Below are positions 13,309 through 25,743 of a stretch of 64,000 nucleotides of DNA, in pieces. The notes beneath the pieces are model-generated. The model worked only from the letters and a program-made list of their open reading frames with translations, made no database searches and was not told the DNA's origin. Source of the stretch: Geosiphon pyriformis uo1 (taxonomy: Eukaryota; Fungi; Glomeromycota); NCBI GenBank assembly GCA_016748015.1, contig JAAOMT010000168.1, positions 76,190 to 140,189 of the forward strand. Direction: 5' to 3'. Made by a program: the position numbers and the translations under genes. Each line of letters starts with the position of its first letter. The first letter of the stretch is position 1.

Positions 13309-13495
13309 TTTGGTACTCTCTGTAAGGTATAATCTAACAGAAAACTAATTATTTGTAATATTTGATGCTTTCTGTAAGATATAATTCAACAGAAAACCAG
13401 CATTAACAACAACCATACAGAAAAGTAACAGACCAAGAGAAAACAAAAAAAAATCACTTAGGATTTGTGAAATTTTTATTTTAGTATTATTTTTA

Positions 13496-13975
13496 ATAAA
13501 CTTGTTAAAATTAAAACTCTAATTATTCAAAATCTGATTATTAAAACCCCAAACATTTGAAAATTACCATTGATAACTCTTTAAAATTTGTTAAATTAAA
13601 GCTTTGATTATTTAAGCCCTAATCATTAAAATCCCAAATATTCAAAACTTACCTTTGATAAACTTTTTAAAATTAAAACTCTAATTATTCAAACCCAATT
13701 ATTAAAACCCCGAACATTCAAAAATTGCTGTTAATAAACTTGTTAAAACTTGTTAAATTAAAACTCCAATTATTCAAGACCCAATTGTTTAAAAACCCAA
13801 AAATTTGAAACTTAATAATTCTAATATCACTATCATACAAAAAAACTTACTGTTAATAAAAACTCATTAAACTTTTAGCAATTCAAACTTTGAAAATTAT
13901 TTAAAAACCCAAACATTTGAAGTCTAATAAATTCCAAACTTCACTATCATACAAGAAAACTTATCTCTAATAGTC
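13496..13975 (+). repeat. Degenerate tandem repeat, ~80-120 bp units, about 5 copies
   Basis: Recurrent AAACTTGTTAAA(A)TTAAAACTCTAATTATTCAA...AAAACCCCAAACATTTGAAA. Confidence 0.8.
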
Positions 13976-14557
13976 CAATAAAACTTAATTTCCACAATAT
14001 TAATAAATCAGCAAAACTTATTTGATAGTTTTAAATCAAAATATTAGAATGTAGTCACAATTTACTTTCATGTTCATATATTTAAAGAAAAGCCAATCAG
14101 TAAGAACAAATGGAAATCAAAATCAGAACTTAATTTTAATTCAAACCTTACTAATAATAACAATGATTCAAACTCCACTAATAACAGCAATAATTTAAAC
14201 TCCACTAATAACAACAATAATTCAAACTTTGTTAATGACAACAACAATTTAAACTTTATCCACAACAATTTAAATTCTGTTTCAAATACTAAACAATATA
14301 TCACACTTCTAGATCTTATAATAAAACTGGAATTAACTTAATTCAACAATAATAATAAGGGCATTATGTTTGAACATATACATAATACAGATGCAAGATT
14401 TGAATTTAGATATTCTAAACAAACCACAATAGTTAAAAACTCCAATTATGTATAAAAATTAGATTTAAAAATAGCAATAGAAATTACAGCAACAATATTG
14501 ATACAAAAGAAAAATTTAGAAAATTTTACAGAAGCTCAATATTAAAGAAAAAAATAA

Positions 14558-15411
14558 TATTATTTATAGAATATAGAAATTATATATTAGTACATAAATT
14601 AGCCAATCAAAATAAACGTAGTAAAAGTGGAATTACAGAATTTCTTTTAGAAGAATTATAGGATTTCAGAATTATAGAATTTCTGTATAAAGAATTACAG
14701 AATTCTTGAAATTCCAAAATTTCTGGCTAAAAATTAAAGAATTCAAGAAATCTTATATAACATAAATTATGTATATATAACAGTAATATTAGAAGCTAAA
14801 AAATTAATCAATTAGACTTTCAAAGTTAATTAAACTTACAAATCATAATTATTAAATACTTTTCTCTTCAAGAGATAGTTGCTATCAACCAAAATGAAAT
14901 TATATCAATAAAATATCTCTTTAAATCTTCAAATCTATGTTATTATTTACTACTTAATCTATTGGCACAATATTTTTTGATTATGGCTATTGACAAAACA
15001 CTTATTTTTTATTTTTTATTTTATTTTTCTTTATTTATTTATTTTCTTTTATTTTTTTTATTTTTTTTTATTTTTGTTTGTTGATTTATTAATTAATTAA
15101 AAGATTAATGTGTGAAGTTATTGACATTAAAGAAACTGGTAAAAGACCCATAAAACAAAGATAAAATACTTATAATTAAGAATAATTTATCAGGAAGATT
15201 ACCAGCCACTATGCTAAAAAAAAATTTGACAGAATTGCAATTCTGGAAAGCTATGAATAAAACAATACCTAAATCTCTGTTTATTATACAAAAAACTTAA
15301 TCAAAACCTTTAGATTATAAAAATTTTCAGAAACCAACATTATTATATCAATTAAGCACCAAGTTACAAGTTTGTTATTTGTTTTTATATCTCAAATAAT
15401 CATCTGTAATA
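14558..15411 (+). repeat. 3' LTR, family A
   Basis: TATTATTTATAG (decayed TGTTACTCATAG) ... CATCTGTAATA (decayed CATCTGTAACA); homologous to 24948-25743 and 44867-45720. Confidence 0.88.
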
Positions 15412-18400
15412 CTAGTGCTAATGTAATAAACCCTTGTATTCTCCTAATAATGAATGTAAATTCTGTCTAATCTATTATAAAGATTGGGAACCTATTAGTC
15501 TAATACTCAAAGAAGAACTAAAAAAATACAAAAGTTCTTTGAAAATAAACCACCTGAGATCTAATCACTTGCAATAAAATATAAAAAACTTTTCTTTAAA
15601 GAAAAAAAAATAGACATTAAAAATCTGTTGGTTAGAAATAGCCCAGTTATTTAAAAAAAAAAGGATACCTCTAAATAAACTCATATATTATAATATATCA
15701 TTACTATCAAAAAAACTTACTCCATTTATTTGAAGCCTTATCAATCTAATTAATACAATAATGAGTTTATTAAAAAAGAGATAAACTGAATAAAAAATCT
15801 TGGATTTATACAAAAAACCAAAAGTAAATGGACTTTCTTAGTTATAGTAGTATCCAAAAAAGACAGAACTCTATACTTCTGTGTTGATTATTACCAATTA
15901 AATGCTATTATTATAAGAGACATATACTTACTTCCCAAAATTGATGTAATGCTAAACAAATTCAATAGTACTGCTTTTTTTTTAATCATTAACTTAACTG
16001 CTGAATTCTGGCAAGTAGAAATAGATCCAGAAAACAAAAAAATAACTGTCTTTATTACCAAATATGGCATTTATGAATTTACAGTTATGCTTTTTGGTTT
16101 TACTAATACTTTTTTTATTTTTTAATGTCTAATAAACAAAGTGTTTAAATTAATAAAAGAAAACTTTGTTTTAATTTATTTAAATGATATAATAATATAC
16201 TCAAAAACCTGAAATAAACTTCTTAAACACTTGCAAAAGATTTTTGATCTTCTTAAAAATACTGGTTTTAAGATAAACCTAATTAAATTTTTTTTTGAAT
16301 AACAATTTTCCCAGTTTTTTGGTTATCTTATTACAAAAGATAGAATCTTTCCTGATCCAGCTAAAGTTGAAAAAGTCTAAAACATTAAACAATCAATAAA
16401 TATTCCTAAACTATGCTTTTTCTTTGGTTTGGCTTTTACTATTACAAATTTATTAAAAATTTCTCTAAAATTGTCTTTCCTTTCAATTACTATTCAGAAA
16501 AAATATTAATTATTACTGGAGCATTTATCAACAAAAAGCTTTTGAAACTCTAAAAAAAAAACTTATTACTATACTAATATATCTGGTTATAGATTTGGTA
16601 CTGTTTTTTCACAAAAAAATAAAAATAACAGAGAACATATTATAGCATATGTCAGTAGAACGCTCACATCAACAGAAAAAAACTATTCAATTACTAAACA
16701 AAAATGCTTAGCAGTAGTTTGGGCTACTAGTTATTAGAATTAATATCTTTTTGGTGTAAAATTCTTAGTGATAACAGATTATTAAGCTTTGGTTTAGCTA
16801 TATAACAAAAAAAAACTAGAACATAAATAGATAACTTGCTAAATACTTTACTTAAATAAATTCAACTATAATATACAATACTGCAAAGGAGCAAATTATC
16901 AAAACACCAATGTTTTTTCCAGACTTACTATCCAGTGATAGTACAATCTTTCAACCAAATCATTTTAATTATTAGTATTTTTTTCTTTAACAAACATGAT
17001 AATAGACTTAGATAACTACTCTGCCTTAATAAAATTTTTAGATAAAAGACAATATCTATTAGACTACACTTAATAACAAAAAGAACATTTATACAAACAA
17101 TCAAATTTTTATTTGATTTGCCAAAACCAATTATATAAAAAAAATTAAAAAATTCTAACCACTTTTAGAGAATCATAAGATTTGAGGAAAAAGAAATTGT
17201 AATATACAACATACATACTAATCTATTAGCTAAACACTTTGAAAAAACTAAAACAATTCAAAAAACTTTAACTTGCTATTATTGGCCTACTTTGGAAAAA
17301 GACATTGCTGAGTACATCAAAACTTGTAATACTTGCCAAAGAAAAGGAAAACCTAATTGTCAAAAAGATATTCATCTAATCTCTGTTGGTCAATTATTTA
17401 ACAAAATTAACATAAATGTTATTGGACTCTTAATAATAACTTTTGATGACAATAAATATATTATTACAGCTACTGATTATCTTACAAAGTGAGTAGAAGC
17501 AAGAGTCACTCCAGATCAAACAGCAATCTTAATAGCTAATTTCATTTATAAAGATATTATTTATTACTATAGCTATTTCAAAAAACTTTTATCTGATAGA
17601 AAAAGAGCTTCTCTCAGTATACTAGTTAAAAAACTTTGTAGAAAAATGAGAATATGTTATAAACTTTCTTCCTTTTATCACTCTCAGACAAATAACCTAG
17701 TGAAATATTTCAATAGAACACTATGTAAAATCTTAACCAAAACCAGTAAAAAAACAAACTTATAAGACAAAGTACTGTCTTTAGCTTTGTTTGTTTATAA
17801 AACTGTGAATCATGACATAACAAGTTATGAACTTTTTTATCTATTCTATAAATACATAAAAACACTACTAATAGAAACTGATATTGAAACAATACTTTTT
17901 AAAGAAATCACAATAGGAAATTACAAAGATATTTTGCAAAGAAGATTTGGTATTATTCTTAACTCCTTGGTAGAAACACAAATAATTGTCTTTGAAAAAA
18001 TAAACCAGTTCTAAGAAAAGCTTAAAAAAAAAAAAATCTATAAAACACTTTTTTTAAGTATTAGTAACTTAGTTTTAAAATATTGCTTAGACAGAAACAA
18101 TATCTATGGTAATAAATTCTCTAACCAGTAAAAAAAACACTTTTTAGTTAACAATGTTTTGAACAATAGTTCTTATATCTTACAAAATTAATATAAAACA
18201 ATCTTTAATAATTATCTTGTTCATGATACATAACTCAAAAAATATTACTAACGATCTGATTAGTTATCTGTTGTAGTAATACTAACCCAAATGATTAGCA
18301 AAAATTAGATATAAATAAATACACCATTTTCAAAACAGAAATATTTTCAATTAACATGAACAATCATTTTTTGGATTAAAATATTCAAAATGGCTTCTAT

Positions 18401-19645
18401 ACTCTTCATAAGTATTGGATCAAAAACTATCCAAATGCTATTCTGACTATTAGAAAACAAACCACTATAATTAATAACAATAGAACACATACTGTTATTA
18501 AACCAAAGAAAACTACTATCAGAAAAAAAAAATTAATAGCAAAATAGATAAATATCTGTTAAAAAATATAATAGCAGCTATACTTTTACTTTCTAGCACA
18601 ATTGAAAAAACAATCCAAGAAATTTTCCCCATAGACAAAAATTTATCATATAGAAGGCAATTAAAACTCTATGGTTGCCTTGGAGAAATTATAGAGAATA
18701 TGAAACTCATGAAGAAAACAACTTCAGAGATACAGGCAGAAATTTTGGGCATTATACAGTTAGATGTTCTAAGAGTTTTGGATACAAAATTCATTTTACT
18801 TCAAGTATTATATATTCTATCCACAAAAAACTTTAACAAACTAGTTAGCTTTAAGTTAGATAAAACTCTTTAAATAAATTATATCATAAATAGCTTGATT
18901 TGGCTAGAGCTCAATCTCTTTGGAGAGGATAATATTATAGTTGAAACCTATATTTCTTATTAATTATCACATGTATTAACTACTGATATTATATAATTAG
19001 CCACTTTATTTTTAGATAGTAATTACTGATCTAATCAATAACCTAACTGTTGACCTAATTATTGATCTAATCATTGACTTAATTATTGACCTAGTTGTTG
19101 ATCTGATCATTGACTACTTTTGATAGTTATATAAGTAATGAATCTTTTAGCTATAAAAAAACATATAAGAACCAAAGAAAAAAATAAAATAAAATAACAA
19201 CTTTATTTTAATCCTTCTCTTATTGCTAATTTCTCTTTTCTTATTTTTAAGTATTTAAATATCTTGGGATAAAAATTACTTATTGACATTTATCTACCTT
19301 TTTCCTAACTTATATAATTATAGCATTTGAAGATTATTAAATAAAATGTGACTAAAGAGTACATTTGATATCTGATATTGAATTCTAAAAGTGCTGACAT
19401 GAGGCATAGAATTATATCAGTGTGTAATTATTTGTTGACAGTACAAACTATCTTTCTATCTTCAGATTCTTTGATTATCTTTTGAAAAATATAGTAACTG
19501 AGATATTTTATAAAACTGATCTTACACATTGAATCCATACTCATTCAATTTGCTTTTTGAAGTTAAATTTTCTTTGATTTTTTTTATTACTCTACAATTC
19601 TGTTTTCTCTAACTATCTGTTAGCTTGTTACTCTAACTCATAACA
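15412..19645 (+). mobile_element. Ty3/Gypsy family B, 5'-truncated: RT, RNase H, integrase, ORF3, PPT, 3' LTR
   Basis: RT (FCVDY ~15878, AEFWQVEI ~16005), RNase H (EHIIAYVSRTLTSTEKNYS ~16632), integrase (IKTCNTCQR, ITATDYLTK), PPT TGGAGAGGATAA 18921-18932. Confidence 0.9.
18933..19645 (+). repeat. 3' LTR, family B
   Basis: Starts TATTATAG (decayed TGTTA) right after PPT, ends CATAACA where family-A RNase H sequence resumes; no second copy in window. Confidence 0.72.
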
Positions 19646-22600
19646 ATAGCAAGTTATTTATTATTATTACTAATATATTAAGTCAAGTATTAAAAACACT
19701 ACTATTACAAAAAAAATCAAATAAACAAGAACATCTAATAATATATGTTAGCCAAAGTTTGAGTTTAACTAAAAAAAACTATAACATTCTAGTATTGAAA
19801 TACTTAGCTATTTATTAGACTGTTATCAAATAAAAGAAATACTAAATTTAAAAGTTTAATGTATATACTGATTACAAAAAATTGACATCAATTTAAAAGC
19901 AAAAATTTGGAGATAAATATCATATAAAATAAAAAATAAAATTAATACTATTTAATTATACAATACACTATAAAAAAGGAAAAAAAAATAAAAATACTGA
20001 CAGTTTGTTATAAATAAAACAAATCTAAAAACATTTTAATCCAAAAATATAACAAAAAATAAATACTCAAAAATATTAACAACTTCAATATTATATAAAT
20101 ACTTAATAATTTAAAGAAAAATTATCTCAAAAAAAACAAAACAACATAAAACAACAATCAAAATATTTTATTACTTATCAAAATATATTATATCAGAAAA
20201 ACAGAAAAGATACAAACCAGTTATTTAAAGTAATTATAGAACCAAAAAAAAAAACAATACTGTTTAACATACACTTAAATTTAACTATAAAACATTTTTA
20301 TAAAAAAGTAATTATAGAAAAAACCAGAAAAAAATACTATTAGTCATTAATATATCCAGATATCATTCAATATGTTCAAAATTGTAATGTTTTTCAAAGA
20401 AGAGAAAAAACAAAACACAGCAACTACTAAAACTAATCAAAGTAGAACAACTATTTGATCAGATTAGAATTGACTTAATAAGACTATTAATAATAACCAG
20501 CAAAGACAACTAATACATAGCAATAGCCATAAAGTATTTTATAAAATAGTCAAAAGCTAAAGCCATTCAAAGAGCAAATGCAAAATTTATAGCCGAATTT
20601 GTATACCAGAATTTGATTTGTCGATCTAAATATCCAAAAAAATTGTTATCAAACCAAAAAACTTATTTTGTAAACAAAACATTAACAGAATTAAGTCAAA
20701 AATTTAGAATTAAAAAACTATTATTATTTTTATATTATCTACAAACAAATAATTTAATTAAAAAATTCAATAAAACATTATGTAAAGCAATAATCAAGAT
20801 CAGTCAAAAAAACCAGAACAAATGAAATTTGTTTATACTATTAGTATTATTTGCTTATTGAACAATAAAACAAGATACTATATAAGCAATATCATTTGAA
20901 CTAATTTATAATAGAACAACAATATTACTAATTAAAATAAATATCAATACATATTCAACAAAACCAATAACAGAAGCCAATTTTTAAGAAAAATTGCTAA
21001 GAAAAACATATAACTTAATAGAAACTTTAAAAAACAACAGATAAAAAGCAGTTAATAACATACAAAAGTTACAAAAAAAACAACATAATAATCAGTAACT
21101 AAATAAACTGGTCGAATTCAAAATTAGAAACAAAGTACTTTTATATTATTCTAAAGTAAAAAAACAATAGAGTAGAAAGTTTGGTTCCAAATAAAATAAT
21201 CTATTTTACATTGAAAAATTCTAGAAAATAGAACTTATAAATTAAGATAAAACAATAAAATTTTAACCAAAACAGCACATAATAATTAACTAAAATTAGA
21301 TTACAATATAGTATTATTATTTACTAGTAATATTCTATAATTAAAAGTACAGAGAATACTAATTAAATCAGATAAAATTTTACAAGATTTAGAACCAATT
21401 ATAATCATCTAAAAAACATGAAAAATAGATCAAGATAAAAATATATAAAGACACAATATATGTAATAAAAGCAATAGTAAAAGATAAAAATCTTAGATCA
21501 TATTTATACAATAACACAAAAATTGTTTTAAGTCATAAATTAACAACAATTGAACATAAAAATTATTATAAATTATTAAACAATTTGTTATAAAAACACA
21601 AAAAAAAAATTACTTTATATTAGTAATTATAAAGCCAAACAAAGCATTAATTAGATAAAATTATAGAAAAAATAAAAAACACTTTTAGAAAAATACCAAT
21701 AAAAGAACTAACTAAAAAAGACTAAAAGTTATAAATAAAACAACTTTTAATAGCATATTATTATTATAAATTAAAACAAAAGCTAAATATTCAGAAGTTA
21801 TATACTAATAAATCCAAAAAAATGTTTAATTAAGAAATAGTACAACAGATTAAAGACTTTATTAAAAAAAAGACAAGTTTTATATTATATATTAAAACAA
21901 TTTATTAATTATATATCATATTTTAAAATTCTTCAAAAATACTATTATATTTAAAAATAAAAATAACCAACTTTCAATTCGAAAACATAAAAACCAGAAT
22001 TGAACAAACAGTATTAGAAAAAGAAGTAATAGACTTAATTCAAAATAAAAATTTCAACAGATCTTAATATTGAAGAAAAAGATAATATTACTTATAAAAA
22101 AAGAGCACAAAAAAAAATAAAGAAAAGCAAATTATAAAATAGACCAATAGAAAAATAGTACTCAACAAATAAACATATTTTTAAAAATGTGTATATTCTC
22201 AAAAAATAAACACATTTTCAGAAAATCACAGCACATTTCCAAAAAATAGTACAAATAAAAAGTAAAAATGTATAAGATCTTATATAACACAAATTATGTA
22301 TATATTGTAAGAGTATTAAAAGCAAAAAAGACAGAACAGTAGTTAATAACAAGTAATTATTTAATATTTCTCTTTTTAAAAGATAGTTTGCTATAATTTG
22401 AAGTAAAATTATATTTATATCTCAATAAAATACTCAATTATTATTTAATTTATGTTATTATTACTTAATTAAAAATTTTTATTCTTTTTATATTATTAAC
22501 AATCAATGTTAATAGAATATAATACTTAATCATACTAGAACAATAGTTTTTGATTATAGCTATTGACAAGATATTAATTTTTTATTTTTATTTTTTATTT

Positions 22601-22887
22601 TATTTTATTTTTTATTTTTTTTTGTTGTTTACTAATTGATTAAGAAATTAAGTGCTAAGTAATTGACATTAAAGATAGTCTGGTAAAAAATTTATGAAAC
22701 AAGAATAAAAAACTTAAGGATAGCTTATCAAAAAAATACAACTGTCAAATTAAACCAGCCACTATACTAAAAAAAAATTTATCAAAAAAACCATTAATTA
22801 AATTTTTGTTCATTATATAAAAAATTCAACCAACTTTTTTAGATCACAAAACCTTCAGAAAGCACTATTATTAATAGTTATTGAGAA
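19646..22887 (+). mobile_element. Heavily mutated Gypsy family-A-like fragment: RNase H, integrase, ORF3, PPT, interrupted 3' LTR (22086-22887)
   Basis: Collinear with 42342-45665 (e.g. TATCCAGATATCATTCAATATGTTCAAAATTGT; TTTTGTAAACAAAACATTAACAGAATT); PPT 22071-22085. Confidence 0.9.
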
Positions 22888-23320
22888 TAAAATTCTGATG
22901 TTTGGTTCAGTTCAGTTTAAGTTTAATCAAATTACTAAACTAAACTGAACTAAACTAAACTCAAACAAAAAATTTGGCAAAATTTTAAACTCAAACTTGA
23001 ACCAAACTTAAAATTACCAAATCTGAACCAAACTCAAACACATGTAACAAGTTTGGTTTAAGTTTAGTTTGAAGTTTATGAACATGTTTAGATTCAATTA
23101 TTAAAAATATTATATTATACTATATTATTATTTAATTTTTTTTAATGGTTCCCGTATCTATGATCAAAAACACTATGCTATTCTTATAGTTTTAGACACT
23201 AAGCAAGTTTTCATATTTGTAATTATATTTTTACCTACAGAAAAGACATGTTCAAAAACAACAGATAATCTTTGGACTGTTAAATAATTACAAACTATAT
23301 ATATAAGACAAAAAAATTGT
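22888..23320 (-). mobile_element. hAT DNA transposon 3' end: transposase dimerisation-domain relic plus subterminal repeats
   Basis: Reverse translation 23320->23130: QFFCLIYIVCNYLTVQRLSVVFEHVFSVGKNIITNMKTCLVSKTIRIA*CF*S*IREPLK, matching the hAT C-terminal pattern (FPxLxxxARDYL...S.V.SERxFS...R..L...T); GTT(C/T)(A/G) and AAC(T/C)(A/G)AAC arrays 22900-23075. Confidence 0.8.
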
Positions 23321-24947
23321 CCAAAAACCAACAAGTGTTTTTATTAAGCTAAACTAACTAACAATAGTAATATTATTTCTTTAATTTGCAAAGCCCAAAT
23401 GGCTGGTTATTTTATTAATTTGATTCTGAACAAAAAATCTGGACATAACCAAAACTGTTTTTGTTTACATTAATAATATTAGCATTAAAACTAACATAAA
23501 AATTCTTGAAGCAAAAGAGTAAACCATAATTGTTGACAATAAATGGCTTAAAAAAGCCAAAGTTTTACTTAATTATAAGCTGTGTGAATAAATCATTAAA
23601 TATTATAAGAAGTTTATTGTGCTTAAATGTTATTATTAGACAATTTTCTAATATTTAAACAGAACCAAGAAGAAAAACAATCTGATAAATCAGATGATAA
23701 AGAGAGCAATAAAAAAGAAAAACCAAAAAAACAAGAAGAAACTGCTAAACTTGTTTACACTATCTTTACCAACAATAGCAAATCACTAGATAATATTAAA
23801 GCTAACAAAAAAAAATTATTGTAAATGACAAGCTGATTTGTTGGCTCTATTATAATATTCTTAAAAAAACCTTTGATAAAAAGCTTAACAAAAAAGCCAA
23901 ATACAGTTATTGGTAACATAGTTCTTATGCTTGATATTAGTGCAATAAACTATTGTATTCTCTCAGTGATAAATAAATGTTTTGTCTAATCTATTACAAA
24001 GATTAGAAACCAATTATATTAATATCTTGAGAAAAAATAAAAAAAATACAGAAGTTCTTTAAAAATAAATTACCAAAGATATAATTAATAATAGTAATAC
24101 AAAAAAAACTCTTTTCAGAAGAAAGAAAAATTGACATTGAAAATTTGCTGGCTAAAAATAATTCAATTATCTTAAAAAAAAAGATATTTTTGGATAGATT
24201 TATGTAATACAATACACTATTACTATCAGAGAAACTTACTTCATCTATTTAAAGCCTTATTAATTTAATTTTTATAATAATAAACTCATCAAAAAAAAAT
24301 AAACTGGATAAAAAATCTTAAATTTATACAAAAAAATAAGAACAAATAAGCATTTCTAATTGTAGTAATATTCAAAAAAAGTAAAACTTTATACTTTAGT
24401 ATTAACTACTAATTAAATATTATAACTAAAAAAACATATATTCACTTCTCAAAATTGATACAATATTAAATCAATTTAATAGTGCTGTTTTCTTTTCAAT
24501 TATTAATTTAACTACTGAATTTTGGCAAGTAAAGATAGATCCAAAAAGCAGAAAAAAAACTGTCTTTATTATTAAATATGATACCTATAAATTTACAGTT
24601 ATGTTTTTTGGTCTTATTAATACTTCTCTCATTTTTCAATGTCTAATAGACAAAGTATTTGAATCAGTAAAAAAAACTTTGTTCTGGTCTATTTAAACAA
24701 CATAATAGTATACTCAAAAATTTTGAATAAATAACTTGAATATTTATTAAAGATTTTTGATTTCCTTAAAAATACTGGTCTTAAAATCAATTCAATCAAA
24801 TCTTTTTTAAATATTAATTTATTTAATTTCTTAGATATTTTATTACAAAAAATAGAATTTTCCTTGACTCAGCCAAGATTGAAAAGATTTAAAACATTAA
24901 ACAATTAATAAACATTTATAAACTACAATTTTTCTTTGGTTTAACAT
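23321..24947 (+). mobile_element. Gypsy family B fragment (protease relic, acidic/Cys spacer, RT)
   Basis: ICKAQMAGYFINLIL protease relic ~23384; 23935-24945 is collinear with 15412-16435; cut by LTR at 24948. Confidence 0.85.
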
Positions 24948-25743
24948 TGTTACTCATAGAATATATGAATTATATATTAGTACATAAATTAGCCAATTAG
25001 AATAAGACATAGTAAAAGTGAAATTTCAGGATTCCTTTTAGAGAAATTGCAGAATTTCAGAAATTCTAAGATTTTTAGTTAAAAAATTAAAGAATTTAAG
25101 AAATCTCATATAATAAAATTTATGTATATATAGTAGTAGTATTAAAAGCAGAAAGAACAGAATTCTTAGTTTAGAACTTCTAGTTTTATTTCATATTTAT
25201 CTTTTTATATGCTAGCATTCTATGACTTGAAATAAAAACATTAAATATCAATAAAATGCTTGTTACTATTACAATCTATTTTTTTACTATCAACAATTTC
25301 ATGTTGATAATTACTAATACTTAACTACACTAGACCAATAGCTTTTGATTATGACCATTAATGAAATACTAACTCTTTCTTGCTTTGGCTTATTTTTTTA
25401 TTTTATTTTATTTTATTTTGTTATTATTTACTAATTAATTAAAAATTAACACACAGAGTTACTAACATCAAAAAGATTGGTAAAAGACTTATAAAACAAG
25501 AGTATAACACTTATTATTGAGCATAATTTACCAAAAAAATTGCCAGCCACCATACTGAGAAAAAAATTTGACAAAATTGCAATTCTAGAAAGCTATGGAT
25601 AAACAATATTTGAATCTCTGTCTATTATACAACCAAAACCTTCAGACACCAAAACTTTCAGATATCACTTACTATTAAATTAATTAATCACCAAGTTATG
25701 GGTTTGTTATTTGTTTTCAGATCCCAAATAATTATCTGTAACA
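24948..25743 (+). repeat. 5' LTR, family A
   Basis: TGTTACTCATAG ... TCTGTAACA followed by PBS TTTAGTGCTTTCTGTGAGA. Confidence 0.92.

Larger units (their letters stand above)
12631..15411 (+). mobile_element. Non-autonomous, internally deleted Gypsy family-A derivative (LTR-PBS-short internal-PPT-LTR)
   Basis: 12631-13308 is a direct repeat of ~14714-15411; PBS follows 13308; internal part holds gag start, tandem repeats and the 5' half of dUTPase; PPT-like tract 14543-14557. Confidence 0.88.

Noticed and set aside
13496-13975. Possible CRISPR-like array
   Set aside because: Units are degenerate along their whole length with no unique spacers; eukaryotic TE context; no cas genes
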